This document shows, one piece after another, positions 54,222 through 64,000 of a DNA stretch of 64,000 bases. The notes under the pieces were generated by a model. That model did not search any database. It saw nothing but the letters and a program-made list of their open reading frames with translations, and was not told the DNA's origin. How positions within the stretch are numbered: the stretch's first letter is position 1; every line of letters begins with the position of its first letter. Made by a program: the position numbers and the translations under genes. Origin of the DNA: Octopus bimaculoides (lineage: Eukaryota); the NCBI RefSeq assembly GCF_001194135.2, contig NC_068989.1, forward strand, positions 15,752,595 to 15,816,594, read 5' to 3'.

Positions 54222-56566
54222 NNNNNNNNNNNNNNNNNNNNNNNNNNNNNNNNNNNNNNNNNNNNNNNNNNNNNNNNNNNNNNNNNNNNNNNNNNNNNNN
54301 NNNNNNNNNNNNNNNNNNNNNNNNNNNNNNNNNNNNNNNNNNNNNNNNNNNNNNNNNNNNNNNNNNNNNNNNNNNNNNNNNNNNNNNNNNNNNNNNNNNN
54401 NNNNNNNNNNNNNNNNNNNNNNNNNNNNNNNNNNNNNNNNNNNNNNNNNNNNNNNNNNNNNNNNNNNNNNNNNNNNNNNNNNNNNNNNNNNNNNNNNNNN
54501 NNNNNNNNNNNNNNNNNNNNNNNNNNNNNNNNNNNNNNNNNNNNNNNNNNNNNNNNNNNNNNNNNNNNNNNNNNNNNNNNNNNNNNNNNNNNNNNNNNNN
54601 NNNNNNNNNNNNNNNNNNNNNNNNNNNNNNNNNNNNNNNNNNNNNNNNNNNNNNNNNNNNNNNNNNNNNNNNNNNNNNNNNNNNNNNNNNNNNNNNNNNN
54701 NNNNNNNNNNNNNNNNNNNNNNNNNNNNNNNNNNNNNNNNNNNNNNNNNNNNNNNNNNNNNNNNNNNNNNNNNNNNNNNNNNNNNNNNNNNNNNNNNNNN
54801 NNNNNNNNNNNTATATATATATTTTAGTATTTGCACTATCTCTTTTTTGAAACCTTATCCACTTGGTTCTTCATGCTGTTAACCTAACACCGTTTATATG
54901 AAGTCTATATACTTTCTTTATATGACATTACTTGATATTTTTGGTCTGACAGTTATCAATGTACTCTTTATTCTCTTACGTCTGTAATAATACCACTGTG
55001 TTTTGTCTCAGCTGTACTCAATGACAACGCATAGAATGATGTTGTACTTGATATCATTTTTATGTACACATCATCGATGAAGCACCTACTAATAATTTGC
55101 ATCAGGTCAGTGCATCTAAACTAAATGGGGAACATACTACTAAAGTTTCAATTATCAATTCATCTAAGAATAAATGTTAGCTATTTAAGAAGGAAAAAAA
55201 AACAAGTCTTCATTTTTTATGTACATATTCTCTATGGATACATAAAGATATGCCTTTAAAGAAAGAACTTAACATTTATGATGTACATATTTCTATGGAT
55301 ATATTTATGCTTTTATGTGCGTGCATGTGCATATGTGTTTGGATGTTCGGATGTGTGTGATTGTGTAAATTTGTGCATACGTTACACTTTTATTATTTTA
55401 CTCGAGTCAGTCATTGGACAATAGCCATGATAGATCCCCACCTTGTAAGATTAGTCGACCGGATCGACTCCAGAATTGTTTTAATTCTGGTATTTATTCT
55501 ATCATCTTGTTTTGTTCAACCACTTAGTTACGGGGGCGTAAAAAACCTAGCACTGCTTGTCAAGTGGTGGTCGGGGACAAACGCATTCACAAGGACACGC
55601 ACATAGATACATACACAAGCACAAACATATACATTCATACACCGATATATAGGTATTTTTATATATACGTGTGTGTATATATATGTAAGTATGTGTGTAT
55701 GGACGTATATAAATGTGTCTAATTCTGTCTATACGTATATAATACTCTCCCCACACACACACATTAGAGTTTACATCTCACAAATTCACTTACCTGAGAT
55801 GCCGGGCGGGGGAACTGAACCCAAATCTTCGAGGTCATGAAGGTAAGTAATATAGCTACCATAACTTGGCACTTCTAAATATACACATCATTCGGATATT
55901 TTAAAATGTTGAATGGGAAAAATTCTCTTGTCATCATTTTGGTTTCAATCTTTAAGTGTTTATGGGGAATTCTCTAGTCAAATGTACGTGGACATTTACG
56001 CATTTATATTTAAAAAGTATAACGGAAAAAAAAACGTGGGTTTTTCTCACTTTTTTTCCTTTTACTTACCTGCATTAATTGTTAATTAATTTTTCACTCA
56101 TTCTAAAGTCATTAACTATAACCTTTTTCTTCCTAGTGCCCCATGTTAGATGTGTAGGTGTTTTACTCAGTTTCTTTTGCATGAACGGCGTGTAATAACT
56201 TAATTTGAGTCATACAGAATGACTTTTAGCCCTACAGCCGCTTCTTTTTTTGCAATGTCTCATTACAATAATTAGAAGAGTCATTAAATATCTGTATATT
56301 ATTGGATATATTACATAAACTACGCAATATACTCTTATGTTGTAAACAGTGACCCAATGCTGGTTAAACTTTTTTTATCGGTATATATTGCACATTCATT
56401 TTAAATATTTTGTGGTGTTGCATAATATGGAATAAATAATAAAGCTGTTAACGGCTGCTTATTAGGTGGAGTATACAACTTAAATTAATTTTTTTCGTGT
56501 TAATCGAATACATACATATATACACACACACACACACACACAAACACATACACACACACACACACG

Positions 56567-56615
<49 letters not shown>

Positions 56616-56984
56616 NNNNNNNNNNNNNNNNNNNNNNNNNNNNNNNNNNNNNNNNNNNNNNNNNNNNNNNNNNNNNNNNNNNNNNNNNNNNNNNNNNNNN
56701 NNNNNNNNNNNNNNNNNNNNNNNNNNNNNNNNNNNNNNNNNNNNNNNNNNNNNNNNNNNNNNNNNNNNNNNNNNNNNNNNNNNNNNNNNNNNNNNNNNNN
56801 NNNNNNNNNNNNNNNNNNNNNNNNNNNNNNNNNNNNNNNNNNNNNNNNNNNNNNNNNNNNNNNNNNNNNNNNNNNNNNNNNNNNNNNNNNNNNNNNNNNN
56901 NNNNNNNNNNNNNNNNNNNNNNNNNNNNNNNNNNNNNNNNNNNNNNNNNNNNNNNNNNNNNNATATATATATATATATATATAA

Positions 56985-57560
56985 ATCTCACATCCTTCTT
57001 TCCACCGGCCTGCTCATCAGTCGTTATGTTGTTGGACTCACAATGATCTTGGAGGAACTGATTCAGGCAGCCTGTGTACAGTTTGTACATAATGTGTAGG
57101 CAAGCAATGAGGTATTAGTTTTGCAGCCAACTCGGTGGTTTTATTCTTGGTTACAAGATTTGTCCGAGGTATAACAAGCCAGTCTGGTATATCAATGTGA
57201 CCTTCCATAGTACTATTATATATATTAGTGGTTTCCTGTAAAATGTCATATACTAGTATCCAACTATCAGCTCCCTTACAGATGCCTTCCCTTATGTAAT
57301 TTGCCTACAGCTATGGTGACAGTTTCCGAGAGAATTGCATGTTTTACTGTCGATGTTGGTACAGCATTCTCTCCTTATTGCATTTACCCACCATGCATTA
57401 AGATTGAGATCCCTCTTTTCGTTCGACAATTTCAAACAGTGAGACAAGTTCTTGTTGAGAGGGAGCTTTCTTAACGGTAATATTTTCCTTCTGCATCTCT
57501 CTGTATAATGCCTGTAGATTAGAAGCAAACTTGTGATATATACAAGCTCGCCTAAAAATA
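56985..57560 (-). mobile_element. R4/R2-like (RLE) LINE RT N-terminal remnant
   Basis: IPDWL...RTNLVTKN...MYKLYTGCLNQFLQDHCESNNITTDEQAGGKK resembles the RPITCL.TMYKL...EQ.G region. Confidence 0.7.
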
Positions 57561-57810
57561 TGTCTGCGCTAGCGAAGATTTTCGCTCAGCGCCCCGAATT
57601 CCTGTTTTAGAGTAATTGACGCTCCCTAAAAGACTTGGTGTGAAGAGTAACCTTAGAGGTTTGTTAATTTATTCATAAGATGTAATAGACCAGGTGTATA
57701 AATTCATTATGTAAGTATGTATGTCAGTAGGTAGGTAGATAGATAGGTAGATAGCTAAGTAGGCATATACATATATATATATATATATGTGTATATGTGT
57801 ATGAATAAGC

Positions 57811-57866
<56 letters not shown>

Positions 57867-58044
57867 NNNNNNNNNNNNNNNNNNNNNNNNNNNNNNNNNN
57901 NNNNNNNNNNNNNNNNNNNNNNNNNNNNNNNNNNNNNNNNNNNNNNNNNNNNNNNNNNNNNNNNNNNNNNNNNNNNNNNNNNNNNNNNNNNNNNNNNNNN
58001 NNNNNNNNNNNNNNNNNNNNNNNNNNNNNNNNNNNNNNNNNNNN

Positions 58045-58108
<64 letters not shown>

Positions 58109-58443
58109 ACGCATATACATGTGTGCCTACCTACATTCACATATGTTATATATCTTTATATCATATTATATTCTACTGCTTTATATTATATTACATAATC
58201 TGATATACTATATAATGTATTATATATATATTGAATTAAACTGTTTTTACAGCAGAACTAAGCAGACAAAGCTAGCGTGTAGAATGTTTCATTAAAAAGA
58301 GCCTTGAGTGAGTTTGCACACTATTATTTATATCTTTATCTACTTTAAGTTCGACTTATAATTTACTTCAATTCTCTCGAAGTTTCTAAATAACATAAAT
58401 ATACGTATATGTGTGTGACTGTATTTAGATACATACACAAACA

Positions 58444-58475
<32 letters not shown>

Positions 58476-59242
58476 AGATCGGAANNNNNNNNNNNNNNNN
58501 NNNNNNNNNNNNNNNNNNNNNNNNNNNNNNNNNNNNNNNNNNNNNNNNNNNNNNNNNNNNNNNNNNNNNNNNNNNNNNNNNNNTATATATATTCATGTAA
58601 ATAAATACGTATGTATGTAGGTAAATATATTATATATACATAATTGTATATTTGTATACATGTATATATATGTATATATACATACGTGTGTGTGTGCGTG
58701 TGTGTGTGCGTGTGTGTGTGCGTGTGTGTATGCGTGTGTGTGTGCGTGTGTGTGTGTGTGCAATTGAATAAACTGATTACTTGCTCGAGGTTCGTCTTAT
58801 AAGACTTCAATTTTAAACTGTGAAAACATCTGCATGCGCGCGTGTGCGTAAATGAAATTTTGAGTGGGAAAGGTATGGAACTCAATTATTTTTGTGAGAA
58901 AAAAAAACAAAAGAACAAATGCAAAACAGGCAAAGTTATTATATTGTAGAGCTATTTTCAACACATAAATATTATTCAAACCTCAGTTCAATTAGAATGT
59001 TCAAGACCAGAGGTTTAAAAAAATTATCAAAGTAGATATTTAAATTAAGTCCAAATATAAATTCAGTGCAAAGGAGTAACGAACAAAAGTTCGAACTCTC
59101 CTTATAAGAAAAAATGCAATTGGAAGTAAGTAGTTGGCTTTATTGGGAAGCTATTATACAGAAAATGTTATAGTATGGCATTGGGTCGGGTGAGAAACAT
59201 ACTGAAAATCTATTGATAGAGACAATCATATCGTATCAGTTA

Positions 59243-59359
59243 TTGGAGAAGATGTATAAATAAAAATTTGACATATTTTTGGAGAAGATGCATAAATAAA
59301 AATTTGACATATTTTTGGAGAAGATGTATAAATAAGAATTTGACATATTATTGGTGAAG
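59243..59359 (+). repeat. 36-bp minisatellite, ~3.2 copies
   Basis: Unit TTGGAGAAGATGTATAAATAAAAATTTGACATATTT starts at 59243, 59279, 59315 and 59351 (partial). Confidence 0.9.
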
Positions 59360-59832
59360 TTTTATGTTGAATTTAAATAAGCGAAATATATAAGCAGGAA
59401 ATGCAATTAAATGAAACTGGAGCCACATTAGACTCAAAATAATGTGAATAAACCTTGTAGAAATCGAGGAAGGAAAAGTAAGAAGAAAACTATATGTAAA
59501 CGAGAGCAGGTTTACTATTGGCAGTTTGATACATTTTCTTTCTTTCTTTCTTTCTTTCAATGGAAAGAAGCGTTGCACAATGTTTTTTTCTTAAATCTTA
59601 ATAACGTAATTAAAAACATATTTATTTTATTCTATAACTAGTTTTTAATATTTTAATTCGTCTTCAGCTTTTAATTTCTCAATATTTAGAGCTAAATTGT
59701 TTCGATATTTCTGATCATCTTCGGTGCAATGTGTTCCACATGATTTAGTAGCCTTATTAATTATACTATATGCGACAAAAACTGGTAGTGATATAAATAG
59801 ATAAAAATATAATTATTTTTTTAAAGTGTTGA

Positions 59833-59856
59833 CCCTAACCCTAACCCTAACCCTAA
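59833..59856 (+). repeat. Interstitial (CCCTAA)4 telomere-type repeat
   Basis: Four exact CCCTAA units. Confidence 0.9.
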
Positions 59857-60289
59857 TCTCTTCAAAGTTAGATTTATATACAACATTATAGAATGGTTAC
59901 AACACATATAACATATCTTCGCTGATTTCCTGTGATTATAACTGCTGCTTTCAATCAGATTCAACCCAAAGGCGCAGCGTAAAGTTAGATTCAGTTATTC
60001 CATGGGAACATGTCACAAAAATTGCAGTATCACCCATGTGTTCTGTGTTTACTTTTTTTCTGACTAGCACTTTCAAAAAATGTCGACTTACAACCATCAC
60101 TTTTAAATGAAGACTTCACTTTTTTTTTTTTTTTTGCTGAAATCTTTTTTATTTTTTCAATATTATAACTTTTGTTTCTATCAATTCTGCAAATCAATTA
60201 AACAACAGATTTATTTTTCAGTAATTAATACTTATCATTTAATTTAATTTCAACTTCAGCTTGTAGTCTTTCTTTATTAGCAGACCGTC

Positions 60290-60655
60290 TGTTTGATGTG
60301 ACTTCTTCCAGACGAAATAAGTGTCTACAACTGGCACTCCGTCGATCACGACCACAAGTGTCTCAGTTGATCCGATCTACAGAACAATCTGCTTGTGAAA
60401 TTTATGACCAAGTGACTGAGCACACCACAGGTATGCATACCCTTATCATAGTTCTCGGGGAGATTCAGCGCGACACACAATATAAGAAGGCTGGCCTCTT
60501 TCAAATACGGGTACTACTCATTTTTGCCACTTGAGTGGACTGGAGCACCGTAAAATAAAGTGTCTTGCTCAAGGACATAACGCATCGCCATGAAGCGAAC
60601 TCACGACCTTATGATCATGAGCCGAATACCCTTAACACTTGCTCAAACACCTTCA
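60290..60655 (-). mobile_element. tRNA-derived SINE, third family (GTCCTTGAGCAAGACACT segment)
   Basis: The minus-strand head reads ...AAGGGTATTCGGCTCATGATCATAAGGTCGTGAGTTCG...GTCCTTGAGCAAGACACTTTATTTTACGGTGCTCCAGTCCACTC. Confidence 0.75.
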
Positions 60656-61929
60656 CAAAAGTATCTGTATTAATTATACTACAAGACAAGAATCAATCAT
60701 AATGACAATTGATAAAAATAGATGAAAGGGTTCGATAAAAATTGATGAAGTTCTTATTTCGTTGCATGTCAGATAAAAATAAAAGCGCGCTTTCTAGTTT
60801 GATGCCATTTTCGTCCGGCGTATCATTCCATACAACATCGCCCCGTGTTTTCCTCAACCCTACAAAGTGATTCCAACAAGAACAAGACTAATCTTATCTT
60901 CAAACGTTCACTCCTTCTGAGTTCAAGCACTAACTCTTTTTACTTCAACATGCATATCATCATGTAACACTCACATATACTTACATCTCCACACATGCAT
61001 CAAAATATGCACACAACAAAATACACACACAACACAAATACAAAAGCACATTTGCCGCCCTTGCACGCATTTACGGCATAAAAATATGCACAAAGACACA
61101 TAAACGCCTTCAATATTTCTTCAATAAAAGGTTCTATAAATATATTCATGAAATATATTCATGACAAAACACACAAACACAACTCGTAGGCAACACAACA
61201 GTAATAAAAGACAGACAAAATCATTTACAGTAATATCATACGTACACAGACAAACACACACATTCCCCTTAAAACCATCTCAACACATTCACGCTATACA
61301 TCCAATCTCAACACACATAAACGAATCAGCTCGGCTAATGTACATACACACACANNNNNNNNNNNNNNNNNNNNNNNNNNNNNNNNNNNNNNNNNNNNNN
61401 NNNNNNNNNNNNNNNNNNNNNNNNNNNNNNNNNNNNNNNNNNNNNNNNNNNNNNNNNNNNNNNNNNNNNNNNNNNNNNNNNNNNNNNNNNNNNNNNNNNN
61501 NNNNNNNNNNNNNNNNNNNNNNNNNNNNNNNNNNNNNNNNNNNNNNNNNNNNNNNNNNNNNNNNNNNNNNNNNNNNNNNNNNNNNNNNNNNNNNNNNNNN
61601 NNNNNNNNNNNNNNNNNNNNNNNNNNNNNNNNNNNNNNNNNNNNNNNNNNNNNNNNNNNNNNNNNNNNNNNNNNNNNNNNNNNNNNNNNNNNNNNNNNNN
61701 NNNNNNNNNNNNNNNNNNNNNNNNNNNNNNNNNNNNNNNNNNNNNNNNNNNNNNNNNNNNNNNNNNNNNNNNNNNNNNNNNNNNNNNNNNNNNNNNNNNN
61801 NNNNNNNNNNNNNNNNNNNNNNNNNNNNNTTATAGACCTTGCAGTTGATATTACTTTATCTTGATCGAACAGATCTAGGACCAAAAGTATCTCAGTCATG
61901 ACCATCCGGCTTCTGTGTGTGCGAGTATG

Positions 61930-61977
<48 letters not shown>

Positions 61978-62802
61978 ACTACACACATGCTGTTGGTGAT
62001 TTCTTCTCCTTCTTTGGACTTTTCTTTTTTCTCCTTTCTGACAAAGAACTATGCTCGAAACTTCAAAAACTCTTTCTTTTATATAGTTCGCAACGCAACA
62101 AAGTGTCTTTAGGTTCAGTGAATTATGTAGACGGAAACTGTGCAGAATCCTATCGGATGTGTGTGCACACGCGCGCATGCACCATTGTGCTTGCGTTTAT
62201 CTATCGGCGCTTAAGACTAGTGTTGCTTTGTTAACATCATTGTAACCTTTTAGTTTTGCATAACCGTATCGATAGAATAATTATCAGAATTTTTTTAAAG
62301 GATGTGTCTTACGGCACAACTGCGATGGGTTTCATTGACCAAACTCTTCAAGGCAATGCCATAACATGGTTACTACCCAGTGACAGAAGCAAGTAAAGGA
62401 ATAAAAGAAAACGGGTATATGTGCATATGTAGATATGTTGCTTCACATGTACATATACAGATGCACACATATAATTATATTCACACACATTATTTCGTTT
62501 TATACGTATGTCTGTATGAATGACATACATACATAAGTATATTTCGATATATTTCAGTTTTACAGCGTAGAAGGTTTATTTTAGTCATTCATAAACACGG
62601 AGAAACTGTTAACTTCTCTTAATCATATATTAGTTGACGTCACAATTTACGTTGCATTACCTGCGACCTTGTTGCTGACATAGTTCCTGTGCAACTCAGT
62701 GGTACTTGTCAGTGACCAGGCTGCAGATAGTGCGGGGGAAATTTAGATGCCAAATAATTCTTTCTACACAAAGCATAAAATTTGGGCACAGCGATCTTGA
62801 AT

Positions 62803-63025
62803 GAAGCATTTCGAATGGTTTAATGGTTAGGGAGTTACACTCACGATCGCATGAAAATGGTTTCAATTCCTGGAGTGGGTGGTGCGTTGTGTTCTTGAGC
62901 AAGACACTTCATCTCACGTTGCTCTACGATAACTTCAGTACTTGATGTGTGGTAGATCCTCTACCTGTTCCGGCAACGTCAATTTGATGGAGGGAACGAG
63001 CTAATGTACAACACATATACTTGAT
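62803..63025 (+). mobile_element. tRNA-derived SINE related to the third family, different tail
   Basis: GGTTTAATGGTTAGGGAG...GGTTTCAATTCC...GTTCTTGAGCAAGACACTTCATCTCACGTTGCTC. Confidence 0.7.
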
Positions 63026-63097
63026 TGCTATAAACAGATCATAGCGCGGGTTGTTCAGCCTGAAATTTCAGAACTGTCTTTCTCGAACTATGAGAGA

Positions 63098-63218
63098 TAA
63101 CACTCACTTTATCGACCTCGAAAGGATGAAAAGCGAAGTCAACTTCGGCGAATTTTGAACTCAGAAATGCCGTTAAGTATTTTTGGGGCGTGCTAAAGAT
63201 TCTGCTAGCTCGCCGCTC
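63098..63218 (-). mobile_element. Meta-type SINE fragment
   Basis: Reverse complement aligns to the head and central domain of 13709-13945, with an internal deletion. Confidence 0.75.
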
Positions 63219-64000
63219 TTTTGATACCAAGTAATAAATCATTGAGTGACATTAACAGTTCTTCTGTGTTTTTAAATGATTAAAATGAACCTTCCACCCT
63301 GTAATTACTGTAGTTTCAATACTCGGTCTCAGATGAAATCACTTGCTAGAGAAGTAGAAATCCGAAATATTTTAGTTTTGTTTCAAGTATGTAATAGTCA
63401 TATTATGCAATTCACTGTGATGACATTTGTAACATTGATATATGGCTTCTGTATAGTGCCAAGAGTGCAATTATTAGAGTAATCGATCCAGTTATTACTG
63501 CTATTATTATTCTCACATTGTTGTTGTTGTTTTGTTTTATACGAGAAGATTCTCGACCTTGCGAGACAATTGCCTAACAGCCTCTTTCTAGTGCAACATT
63601 AATATTAAAATTTAAATAGAGTTCGAAATGAACTTATTGAGTTATTTAAACTTACTGAGTTACTTAAAGAATTAGCCTTAGGAATCATCGCTGACACCAT
63701 CGCTAACTTTTATAAGGTTATTTTGCATTTAGGTATGAAATAATATTATATATATATATTTAAGAGCCATTTTCCTACAAAAACTTTCAAGAATTTTGTA
63801 TCAATTCCTGGTAAATATACATCTATAGATGATGATGCGTTTAATAGTGCCTCTCACAACAAGACTCCTGTCACAGTGTTTTCTCACATAAAATCTACAG
63901 AATCATAAAAATGTTTTTAACCACAGTTAAACTGCGTTTTAATTTCTCTGTTTTCATTAACGTGTGTTTATATGTAAATATATTTATATAGAAACGTGTT

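Noticed and set aside
55785-55850. Opposing strong splice-donor motifs
   Set aside because: They fall in a tRNA-like (B-box GGTTCAGTTCCC) repeat head, with no acceptor or open exon support.

Overview
AT-rich, repeat-dominated eukaryotic (animal) genomic DNA from a draft assembly with about 21 N-gaps, most flanked by (TA)n or (CA)n microsatellites. The SINE families and extreme microsatellite load point to an octopus/cephalopod genome (inference). I can support no intact host protein-coding gene; nearly all listed ORFs are microsatellite or N-gap artefacts, or transposon fragments. The window is a graveyard of decayed elements: R4/Dong-like RLE LINEs (5 pieces), RTE, CR1 and L1/Tx1-like LINEs, at least 3 Penelope-like remnants, 4 Tc1/mariner remnants, a Helitron helicase fragment, a solo LTR with a clean 4-bp TSD, many tRNA-derived SINEs and several foldback MITEs. 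The most notable signal not shown by the ORF track is a dispersed set of type I hammerhead ribozyme motifs: 10927-11016 (+), 12832-12960 (-), 45057-45124 (-), 46032-46070 (+), plus a damaged one at 39300-39378 (-). Their stems are unrelated in sequence, but they keep the catalytic core. All four intact ones have a palindromic stem III tetraloop, the architecture known from Penelope-like elements and metazoan retrozymes.
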